Below, one piece after another: positions 1 through 7,837 of a stretch of 64,000 nucleotides of DNA. The number at the start of each line of letters is the position of its first letter. Within the stretch, counting starts at the first letter, position 1. The notes below the pieces were generated by a model, which worked only from the letters and a program-made list of their open reading frames with translations, was not told the DNA's origin and made no database searches. Source of the stretch: an uncultured Gammaproteobacteria bacterium. GTDB lineage: Bacteria > Cyanobacteriota > Vampirovibrionia > LMEP-6097. Location: positions 9,546 to 73,545 of the forward strand of contig CAYTKM010000002.1 in assembly GCA_964438425.1 (NCBI GenBank). Reading direction: 5' to 3'. The translations under genes were made by a program, and so were the position numbers.

Positions 1-1223
1 TGTTTGTTGATTTAGTAGATGATTCTGCCAAACTTCAGCTCTTTAGTGATGCTAAAACGCGCGCTCCCGAGCTGCAAAAGATTCTTGATAACCTAGATAA
101 AGGTGATATCATCGGCGTTACAGGTCCACTTAGACGCACGCCTAGAGGTGAACTCACGATGAACATCGAAGAAGTTACGGTGCTTGCTAAAACCTTATTA
201 CCTTTACCTGAAATAGTTGAAGGTAAACGTCGTCGTCTGGGTATCGCTGATGTAGAAACGCGCTACCGCCAAAGATACTTAGATTTAATTGTAAACCCTG
301 ACTCTAAAGAGAAGTTACGTAAAAGAGCACTTATAGTGCGTGAGATGCGTAACTATTTAGATAATCTGGGTTATTTAGAGATCGAAACACCGATTTTAAA
401 TTCTGAAGCTGGTGGCGCGGCGGCTAGACCATTTGTTACCCACCATAATACTTTAGATATGGATATGTATCTAAGAATCGCTACTGAATTACATTTAAAG
501 CGTTTAAGTGTAGGTGGTTTCGAGAAAATTTATGAAATCGGTCGTATTTTCAGGAATGAAGGTATTTCGATTAAACATAATCCTGAATTTACTTCAATCG
601 AACTTTATGAAGCTTATACTGACCTTGAAGGTATGATGAACTTAACAGAAGATATGTTAAGAGTTATCGCTAAAAAAGTCTTAGGTGCTTATAAATTTGA
701 ATATCAGGGTACAGATTTAGACTTTGAGCCTAAATTTGAGCGTATCTCAATGTTTGATGCTGTTAAAAAAGCTACTGGCAAGGAGCTTTATGGTAAAGAA
801 TTAAATACAGCTTTTGAAGCGCATGTTGAAGAAACACTGATTCAGCCTACTTTTATCTATGATTACCCGATTGAAGTGTCTCCACTAGCTAAAAAACATC
901 GTGACCCGGATAAGCGCGCGCAAGGTTTTGTAGAAAGGTTTGAATTATTTATTTATGGACGTGAAACCGCAAACGCTTTTACTGAGCTAACTGACCCGCA
1001 AGATCAAAAAGAAAGATTTTTAGAGCAAGTGCAGGAAAGAGAAGATGGTGATGATGAAGCGCACGTGTATGATGCTGACTTTATTACGGCTCTTGAATAT
1101 GGCTTGCCACCGACAGGCGGTATGGGGTTAGGTATAGATAGGCTAGCTATGTTCTTAACAGATTCAGCTTCGATTCGTGATGTAATTGCCTTTCCTACTA
1201 TGAAGCCACTTGTGGATAATTAA
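1..1223 (+). CDS. lysS: lysyl-tRNA synthetase, class II (5' end lies outside the window)
   Basis: The ORF-track protein 159..1223 is the class II LysRS catalytic core (motif 2/3-like regions, ...GLPPTGGMGLGIDRL...). The same frame is open back to nt 3 (FVDLVDDSAKLQ...GDIIGVTGPLRRTPRGELT), so the gene starts upstream of the window. Confidence 0.9.
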   Translation, partial: FVDLVDDSAKLQLFSDAKTRAPELQKILDNLDKGDIIGVTGPLRRTPRGELTMNIEEVTVLAKTLLPLPEIVEGKRRRLGIADVETRYRQRYLDLIVNPDSKEKLRKRALIVREMRNYLDNLGYLEIETPILNSEAGGAAARPFVTHHNTLDMDMYLRIATELHLKRLSVGGFEKIYEIGRIFRNEGISIKHNPEFTSIELYEAYTDLEGMMNLTEDMLRVIAKKVLGAYKFEYQGTDLDFEPKFERISMFDAVKKATGKELYGKELNTAFEAHVEETLIQPTFIYDYPIEVSPLAKKHRDPDKRAQGFVERFELFIYGRETANAFTELTDPQDQKERFLEQVQEREDGDDEAHVYDADFITALEYGLPPTGGMGLGIDRLAMFLTDSASIRDVIAFPTMKPLVDN

Positions 1224-1510
1224 TTAGCTTTAGATTAGAGCTGGTATTTAACCTAAATTAATTTAAGAGTATAGTAGTTATTTAAGTCTAAGCTTAATTA
1301 ATCATAGCTTTTAAAGCTTTTTTGCTGAAATATAGCTTTAAGATATTAGTTAATATAATACTTTACAAAAATCTAAAGATAAAGCTGAAAATCTGCATTC
1401 ATCTTGTTATAATTTGTCTTGGTAGTTAAATTAGCTCACTCTAACTAGGTTTCGAGGTTTGAATTTCATACCCTTAGATCTAAAAAGTGATTAACTTAAA
1501 GACCACTTTA

Positions 1511-1526
1511 GCGTTAAATTTAACGC
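1511..1526. promoter_or_regulatory. perfect 16-bp palindrome GCGTTAAATTTAACGC about 35 bp upstream of the ahpC start; candidate operator of a peroxide-responsive regulator
   Basis: Read directly from the sequence. It overlaps a possible -35 (TTTAAC) that sits 17 nt upstream of TATAGA, and a strong SD (AAAGGAG) follows before the ATG at 1563. Confidence 0.3.
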
Positions 1527-1562
1527 GACTCAATTGTAAAATATAGAATAAAGGAGATTTAC

Positions 1563-2162
1563 ATGGGAGTATTAGTTGGTAAAGAAGCACCAGATTTTCA
1601 AGCTGATGCAGTAGTAAACGGCACTGAGTTTAAAACTATTAAATTAAGTGACTATAAAGGTAAAAAATATGTTGTTTTATTTTTCTATCCATTAGATTTC
1701 ACATTCGTGTGCCCTACTGAATTGCACGCATTCCAAGAGAAAATTGCTGAATTCGATAAGCTTGATGTAGAAGTTATCGGTGTAAGTGTAGATTCTAAGT
1801 TTTCACATCACGCTTGGTTAAACACACCTAAGTCACATGGTGGTATCCAGGGTGTTAAGTATGCTGTAGTTTCAGATCTTAATAAAGAAATTTCTGAGAA
1901 GTATGACGTATTAGTAGAAGGTGCTGGCATCGCTTACCGTGGTTTATTCTTAATCGATAAAGATGGTATGGTACAACACCAAGTAGTTAACAACTTACCA
2001 CTTGGCCGTAATGTTGATGAAGCTGTACGCATGGTTAAAGCACTTCAGTTCTTCGAGAAAAATGGTGAAGTTTGCCCAGCAAACTGGAACGAAGGTTCTA
2101 AAGGTATGAAAACTACTGATGAAGGTTTGAAAGAATACTTCAACGAACCTGCTAACGCTTAG
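1563..2162 (+). CDS. ahpC: peroxiredoxin, typical 2-Cys AhpC/Tsa family
   Basis: Peroxidatic Cys motif FTFVCPTE and resolving Cys motif GEVCPANW. Strong SD AAAGGAGA 8 nt upstream. Confidence 0.9.
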   Translation: MGVLVGKEAPDFQADAVVNGTEFKTIKLSDYKGKKYVVLFFYPLDFTFVCPTELHAFQEKIAEFDKLDVEVIGVSVDSKFSHHAWLNTPKSHGGIQGVKYAVVSDLNKEISEKYDVLVEGAGIAYRGLFLIDKDGMVQHQVVNNLPLGRNVDEAVRMVKALQFFEKNGEVCPANWNEGSKGMKTTDEGLKEYFNEPANA

Positions 2163-2303
2163 TTGACTTGTTATTAAGCTTTAGACTTGTGTTTTTTAGG
2201 TCAGTTTTTAATAAATAAATTGATGTTTATTAATTCATAAGTGCTTGAAAATTAAAAGTCTATATACCGCTTAAATAAAGCTTTAAGCTTAAGTATAAAT
2301 TAG

Positions 2304-2340
2304 AAACACGCTGGTAATTTATTTTACTGGCGTGTTTTTA
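2304..2340 (+). terminator. rho-independent terminator downstream of ahpC
   Basis: acacgctggtaa / ttactggcgtgt stem (12 bp with two G:U pairs), loop tttatt, followed by TTTT. Confidence 0.55.
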
Positions 2341-2665
2341 TATTTAACCTGTGTTTATTTTCAGCTCAAATAATCACAGTTGCGAATGCTTCTCAATTAA
2401 GAGTCTGCAACTTAGAAGTTTTATAATTATAAATGTAATCTTGAATATTTACTAAAGTTTTGGATCGCTGTATTAGTCTTATTTTAAGGAATTTTACTAA
2501 TAAAATGATCATCACTTTAAATGATACTCAGGCTTATATTTACATTTGATGTGAACTATGCTTTAGTCTTATTTAAAAGCTAAAAATTTGTAATTTATAC
2601 GATTATAAATACTAAAGATTTAAAGTTAGCTTACATATCAAGCCAAAAATAAGGAGAAAATTATC

Positions 2666-3325
2666 ATGGCACATAAAAAACCTGAATTACCTTGGTCTCA
2701 AGACGCGCTTGAGCCAAACTACAAAAAAGAAACATTGGATTTCCACTATGGTAAGCATCATCAAGCTTACGTAGATAAGTTAAATAAAGCTTTAGAAGGC
2801 ACTGGTAAAGAAGATATGCCTTTAGAGCAGTTATTAACTGATCTTATGAAAAAAGATTTCCCAGAAGAGAAAAGACAAGCTGCTATCAATCATGGTGGTG
2901 GTCATTATAACCACTCTCTATTCTGGAGCATTTTGACTCCAAATGGTACTGAAAAGCCAGAAGGCGCTTTAGCTGAACAAATTACTGCTGATTTCGGTAG
3001 CTTTGAGAGCTTTAAAGAAGAATATGGTAATAAAGCGGCTACTTTATTTGGTAGTGGTTGGACTTGGTTAGTGGTTGAGCCATCATCTGGTAAATTAAGT
3101 ATCGAAAACACTGCTAATCAGGATAACTGCCTTATGAACTCTAGTAAAAAACCATTGATGGTACTAGATTTATGGGAACACGCTTATTACCTAGAGCACC
3201 AAAACCGTCGTCCAGATTTTATTAATGCTTTCTGGAAAATGGTAGACTGGAAAAAAGTAAATGAGAACTTCGAAGCTGCTAAAGCTGGCAACGATATCTT
3301 AGAACTTGAGCCTGTAGCTGCCTAG
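2666..3325 (+). CDS. sodA: superoxide dismutase, Fe/Mn family (Mn-type signature)
   Basis: Metal ligand regions HHxxH...NHGGGHYNHSLFW...DLWEHAYY. The GGHxNHSLFW block is characteristic of Mn-SOD rather than Fe-SOD. SD AAGGAGAAA upstream. Confidence 0.85.
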   Translation: MAHKKPELPWSQDALEPNYKKETLDFHYGKHHQAYVDKLNKALEGTGKEDMPLEQLLTDLMKKDFPEEKRQAAINHGGGHYNHSLFWSILTPNGTEKPEGALAEQITADFGSFESFKEEYGNKAATLFGSGWTWLVVEPSSGKLSIENTANQDNCLMNSSKKPLMVLDLWEHAYYLEHQNRRPDFINAFWKMVDWKKVNENFEAAKAGNDILELEPVAA

Positions 3326-3347
3326 TTTTATAGCTTAAAGACTAAAT

Positions 3348-3386
3348 TAAAAAGCCTTTCAGTTATTACTGAAGGGCTTTTTTATT
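3348..3386 (+). terminator. rho-independent terminator downstream of sod
   Basis: aaaaagcctttcag / ctgaagggct stem followed by TTTTTT. Confidence 0.6.
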
Positions 3387-3505
3387 GATGTATTTTATAT
3401 TTCATTAGATTAATGACCTTAACTATGAATCACTTAAGGAAATCTGATATCTACATAAGTCTAAAAAATAAACAATAAAGTCTATCAAAGAACTAAAATA
3501 GTCTT

Positions 3506-4570
3506 ATGAAGCTTTTGCATCAAGTCTTTTGTGAAACCTTTAAATTAGTGGATAGTACGGTGGATGAAGATTTTTTCCCACTTTTACAAGATCATGCTAT
3601 TTCGAAAAATTTAGCTGATTATAAAGCTAAGTTGAGAAAGAAGATTTGTGATTTATCTCAGCATAAAGTAACTTTAACTGAAAATAAAATACTTGAAGAC
3701 AAAAATAAAGTTTTGTATCTTAATTTAATGCATAAGCTCACTATAAATTCATTTTTAGACTCTGATAATATTCTTAAAAAGAGTTTGAGATTTGCTTATA
3801 ATGCCGAAGGTCTGGTTGCACCTGTAAATAAACTTGAAAATTACCTTAGGCAATCATATATTAAACAAGCTCTAGAGACTTATCATTTAAAGGTAGATAA
3901 GATTATAGCTAATTCTTTGACTGTTGAAGGTACTAAGCTGACTTCAACCCAACTAAATAAATTTAAGAGCGCTTTAGCATCTGAGCTAGACTATACTAAT
4001 CATCACCAGCAAATATCTAAAGCGATGTTTAATTTGTTAAATGGTATTCTGGCTGATAACCAAGAAATTGTACTAAAGTATCCACGTGATCTATCAAATA
4101 CTATTCCTGGTGGGCATTACCATACTATAAAACTAAGTGCTCTCAAAAATGGTGATTTAGCGATTGCTTATTTAGATAGTGAACTAAATTTAAGATCAGT
4201 TGATGAGCAACTTAAAATAGATATGACTTTAAAAGTATCTAAAAAAACAGGTTCAGTTACTGTGCTGAAAAACAATTCTCTTTTTAAATTATCAGATAAT
4301 GCAAGTGCCAAAAACTATAATGACCCTCTGTATCTTTTTAAGCATATATTCTTAATGCATGCGGGGCTTGAGAAGGAGAATGATCTAATAAATATTTTAG
4401 CTGGTTGCGCGCGCCTGCCTAATTTTATTAAACCTAACCGCGAGCTAGAATCTACCAGTATCCTAAAAACCAGTGAAAGTGGTTTAAAGACTTTATATCG
4501 AACCTTCTATGATGGTTTAGATCCTAATAGCTATCAAGTAGTTCAGGATTTTATTAGAGAAGTAAAGTAA
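3506..4570 (+). CDS. hypothetical protein (paralog A of a tandem pair)
   Basis: Long ORF with no recognisable domain. Its C-terminal two-thirds is clearly homologous to the next gene (MFNLLNGIL.../MFNLLKNII..., HIFLMHAG/HIFLDDKN, P(N/K)FI(K/S)P..ELES(T/S)). Confidence 0.55.
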   Translation: MKLLHQVFCETFKLVDSTVDEDFFPLLQDHAISKNLADYKAKLRKKICDLSQHKVTLTENKILEDKNKVLYLNLMHKLTINSFLDSDNILKKSLRFAYNAEGLVAPVNKLENYLRQSYIKQALETYHLKVDKIIANSLTVEGTKLTSTQLNKFKSALASELDYTNHHQQISKAMFNLLNGILADNQEIVLKYPRDLSNTIPGGHYHTIKLSALKNGDLAIAYLDSELNLRSVDEQLKIDMTLKVSKKTGSVTVLKNNSLFKLSDNASAKNYNDPLYLFKHIFLMHAGLEKENDLINILAGCARLPNFIKPNRELESTSILKTSESGLKTLYRTFYDGLDPNSYQVVQDFIREVK

Positions 4571-4795
4571 GGGTAAGACTAAGTTTGCTATAAATTTTAT
4601 AATTAAATTTTGAGCTTTGCATTGCGGCTTAAGTACCATGATGCTCTGCTATTATAGGTTGAAACTTAATGCTATTTAATAAAATATAGTTTAAGGTAAT
4701 AAGATATTAGGAGGGTTGGTGGTTTAAGACCTGGTTCACTTATATTCTATAAAACTTAATAATTAAATTGTATCAATGGGTTAAAATAAGACACC

Positions 4796-5905
4796 GTGGA
4801 AACATTTCGTCGTCTATACTTTCATGCACCAGAGTTTATAAAAGCTTTTAATAAATCTGATGCTAAAAATTATATTCAGCCAGATCAAAAAAATGTTGAG
4901 GCATTTATACCTAAGTCAAGCTCATTTTCTAAAACTGCTGACTTAAAAAGTCATGAAGCTAAACTTCGCAGTGAGATAACAGCTATGTCAAATAGCCCGC
5001 TTCCTGACATCAAAGATCTTAAACCTAGTAATCGTAAGCTAGAAAAAAAATTATTAGGCAAGCTTGACCAGATGTCGACAGGAATTGGTATTAACAAGGC
5101 TTTAGAATTAAAAAGAGCTATTAGAAATAACATAGTAAAGTTTGATAACCAAAACTTTTTTAACGCTGAAGAGTTTAATTTATATAATCAAAAAATAAAC
5201 TCGGCTTTAGCTTCTTATACGCGTAAAGTAGATTTAGTTACTAAAGATATGAATGAAGTAAAGTCTCATGATATTAATAATAGTACTATTGATGATTTAG
5301 TGAATAAATTTAAAGCTGAAAAGCAGTTTTTAAATGAGCATCAAAATCTTTCACCTACTATGTTTAATCTATTAAAGAATATTATCTCAGATAGTACAAA
5401 AGTTAGCTTAACTAATATACTTGATAATAATGACATGATACCATTTGGTCATCAACATGATTTAAAGCTAAGTTTAGATAATGAAGGTAATATACTAATA
5501 GATTATCTGAACGATGAAGCTGGCTTAGCTAGAAATGAGGATGATAATACTAAACTAGACTTCACTTTAAAAGTGGCTGAAGATACTAAGCAGATAACTA
5601 TTATTAGAAATGATTCTAAACTCGCTGCAAATTTACCAGAGGTATCCCAAAACAAGTTTACTCACCCTAGGCAACTTTTCGAACATATTTTTTTAGATGA
5701 TAAAAATTCTCGTGGCCTTAACATTCAAAACGATTTTATAGGCACTTTAAAAGGTAGTATAAGAATGCCTAAATTTATTAGTCCTCAACATGAACTTGAA
5801 TCAAGTACTATAGCCAGAGATAATCAAAAACCTAGAAGCACTTTTTTTAATGGTGTAGATTTAAAAACTAAGCAAGCTATTGATAATTATCTATCAAGTA
5901 ACTAG
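4796..5905 (+). CDS. hypothetical protein (paralog B of the tandem pair)
   Basis: Shares a C-terminal ~200-aa region with the 3506..4570 product. No known domain. Confidence 0.55.
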   Translation: METFRRLYFHAPEFIKAFNKSDAKNYIQPDQKNVEAFIPKSSSFSKTADLKSHEAKLRSEITAMSNSPLPDIKDLKPSNRKLEKKLLGKLDQMSTGIGINKALELKRAIRNNIVKFDNQNFFNAEEFNLYNQKINSALASYTRKVDLVTKDMNEVKSHDINNSTIDDLVNKFKAEKQFLNEHQNLSPTMFNLLKNIISDSTKVSLTNILDNNDMIPFGHQHDLKLSLDNEGNILIDYLNDEAGLARNEDDNTKLDFTLKVAEDTKQITIIRNDSKLAANLPEVSQNKFTHPRQLFEHIFLDDKNSRGLNIQNDFIGTLKGSIRMPKFISPQHELESSTIARDNQKPRSTFFNGVDLKTKQAIDNYLSSN

Positions 5906-5925
5906 AAAATCTGAGATATTAACCT

Positions 5926-6030
5926 AGAAAATAATTACAAATTATTCGATTTTCTATAAAATTATTCTAAATTTTATGATTTTTTGGAATAATTTTCTAA
6001 TTTTTAGAATAATTTAGAAAATTATTCTAA
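5926..6030. repeat. cluster of ~20-bp AT-rich motif copies (TAGAAAATAATTACAAATT-like and inverted copies) at ~30-bp spacing
   Basis: Motif copies at about 5926, 5957, 5985 (inverted) and 6005-6030. The same motif family occurs at 16.3 kb, 32.8 kb and 45.9 kb. Confidence 0.6.
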
Positions 6031-6097
6031 GTTAGTAGTTCTGATTATTTTCTGTAATCTTTATGGATTAAACATAAAAGCATTGAAAAATAAGCAT

Positions 6098-6120
6098 AAA
6101 AAAAGAGCTTTCGAGCTCTA
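6098..6120 (-). terminator. hairpin agagct-ttcg-agctct flanked by an A-tract (a T-tract on the minus strand); likely terminator for the minus-strand gene 6245..6583
   Basis: Perfect 6-bp GC-containing stem with a tetraloop. On the minus strand the sequence is followed by TTTTTTT. Confidence 0.4.
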
Positions 6121-6244
6121 AGTTGAATTTGTAAATTTGTTTATAATAAATATTATAGCAACTTTTCTTGGTCTATGCAAGTTAGACAGGTGCTTTAATA
6201 TTAAATATTGTTCATTTTAGTGGTTTTACATACTGAGTTATGTT

Positions 6245-6583
6245 TTACCTTAGTTTATGGCTTAAGTGTTTTAATAGGTTAGTAAGATGTTTATCTACTT
6301 TTTTTTGGGGTTCATTTTTTATAATAGCCGTGGCGAGTAGAGCCTTTTCTGTAACCCGTTGGTTATGCTGCAACCCACTGTTTCCTGTTTCTATAACTCG
6401 TTGATCCTTAGCTGAATATTCAGGAGTATATACTTTTATACTATGGTTAGGTTTAATAATCTCACTATTGGCTGAATTATCATTTGTATTAGAAGTAAGA
6501 AAAGCATCTTCAGTTAAGGGAATAATGGCTTTAAAAATATAGATCAAGTACTTAATATAATTTATTAAGAGCTCAACTTCCAA
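6245..6583 (-). CDS. hypothetical protein (112 aa)
   Basis: ORF divergent from the Fic gene. No recognisable motif. Confidence 0.4.
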   Translation of the reverse strand: MEVELLINYIKYLIYIFKAIIPLTEDAFLTSNTNDNSANSEIIKPNHSIKVYTPEYSAKDQRVIETGNSGLQHNQRVTEKALLATAIIKNEPQKKVDKHLTNLLKHLSHKLR

Positions 6584-6586
6584 ATA

Positions 6587-6647
6587 AATGGGTGCAATTG
6601 GGTGTGTTTATGGGTGAAGGGGTTGATAAATAGGTGAAAATGGGTGT
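6587..6647. promoter_or_regulatory. five direct repeats of (A/T)TGGGTG spaced ~10-13 bp apart in the divergent promoter region between 6245..6583(-) and the Fic gene
   Basis: aaATGGGTGcaATTGGGTGtgtttATGGGTGaagg...ATAGGTGaaaATGGGTGtat. The phasing of about one helical turn suggests an array of regulator binding sites. Confidence 0.35.
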
Positions 6648-6659
6648 ATAAATGATTAT

Positions 6660-7709
6660 GTGATAAACACAGATACATTAAAAATTTCTAGTGAAATTCT
6701 TAACCTTATTACACAAATCGATGAATTCAAAGGTGCTTGGCGAGCATTAGGTACACTTGCTCCTGAGCGTTTAAATGCATTAAAACATGTTGCAACTATT
6801 GAAAGTATAGGTTCTTCAACCCGTATCGAAGGTAGTAAGTTATCTGACCGTGATATAGAAAAATTGTTGTTAAACTTACAGATCAACCATTTTGATACCA
6901 GAGATGAACAGGAAGTGGCTGGTTACGCTGAAGTGATGGAATTGATATTTCAGGCTTGAGAAGATATTCACTTTAATGAAAATCATATTCAACAATTACA
7001 CCGTGATCTACTTAAATATAGTCAAAAAGATACCCGTCATCGTGGTAAGTATAAAACTTCATCAAATAGTGTTGCAGCTTTTGATCAAGCAGGCAAGCAA
7101 ATTGGCATTATTTTTGAAACCTCAACACCATTTGAGACTCCAGCTTTAATGAAGGAAATTATAGACTGGGTCAATCATACTTTAGAAAATAGATTGTTAC
7201 ATCCTTTACTAGCTATTGCAATTTTTACTGTAGTGTTTTTAGAAATCTATCCTTTTCAAGATGGAAATGGTCGTTTGAGTAGAGTCTTAACCACTTTGCT
7301 ACTGTTGCGTGCAGGTTATACTTACGTTCCATATAGTTCACTTGAAAGTGTGATTGAAAAGAATAAGGAAGGTTACTATTTGGCTTTACGTCAAACTCAA
7401 GGGACTATACCATCAAATTCTCCTAATTGGGAGCCTTGGGTTTTATATTTTTTAAGAATTTTACTGAAACAAACACAAAATTTATATAAAAAGGTAGAGC
7501 GCGAAAAAATAATTTTAGCTAATCTGCCAGAGCTATCTTTAAAGATTTTAGACCAAGTAAAGCAGCACGGTCGTGTAACTATGGCAGATATGATCAAGCT
7601 TACAGGGGTTAGCCGTAATACCTTAAAAGAGCACTTCAAATCTCTGCTTGAGAAAAACCATTTGGCTTTGCGTGGTAAAGGGCGTGGAAGTTGGTATGAG
7701 GGTGTATAG
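6660..7709 (+). pseudogene. Fic/Doc family protein (class II Fic with an N-terminal inhibitory motif), interrupted by a single in-frame TGA at 6957..6959
   Basis: ORFs 6660..6959 and 7149..7709 are in the same frame, and the only stop between them is TGA 6957-6959. The N-terminal part carries the S-x-x-x-E-G inhibitory motif (STRIEG). The downstream part carries the Fic motif HPFQDGNGRLSR (YPFQDGNGRLSRVL). Confidence 0.7.
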
Positions 7710-7837
7710 TGACTTTTAACGAGACTGTTTATATGTATGTATACTTTTAACGTTTGAAAATATATAATAAAACTATTATTTAATGCTAAGTTTAGACCTG
7801 ATCTCTTGCTGCTAAAGTATGTAAAATATATTAATTA

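Noticed and set aside
2905-3111. Minus-strand 68-aa ORF inside sod, and similar short antisense ORFs in the track (4951..5133, 7397..7639, 13518..13721, 14757..14955, 15584..15769, 19818..20006, 23862..24050, 25696..25878, 26789..26989, 27420..27668, 27765..28286, 30185..30367, 32172..32402, 34801..35052, 35916..36104, 36368..36550, 42414..42692, 43383..43577, 49750..49968, 52387..52656, 53899..54114, 56432..57547, 58730..58930, 60380..61849 minus, 62550..62988)
   Set aside because: All lie within or antisense to longer ORFs that carry clear protein-family signatures. They have no independent support.
6957-6959. In-frame UGA in the Fic gene as evidence of an alternative genetic code (UGA=Trp/Gly) or selenocysteine
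   Set aside because: UGA is used as a genuine stop elsewhere (batA, pabB) and is the RF2-recognised stop in the prfB frameshift cassette. No SECIS-like hairpin follows the codon and no sel genes are in view. A pseudogene or sequencing error is more likely.
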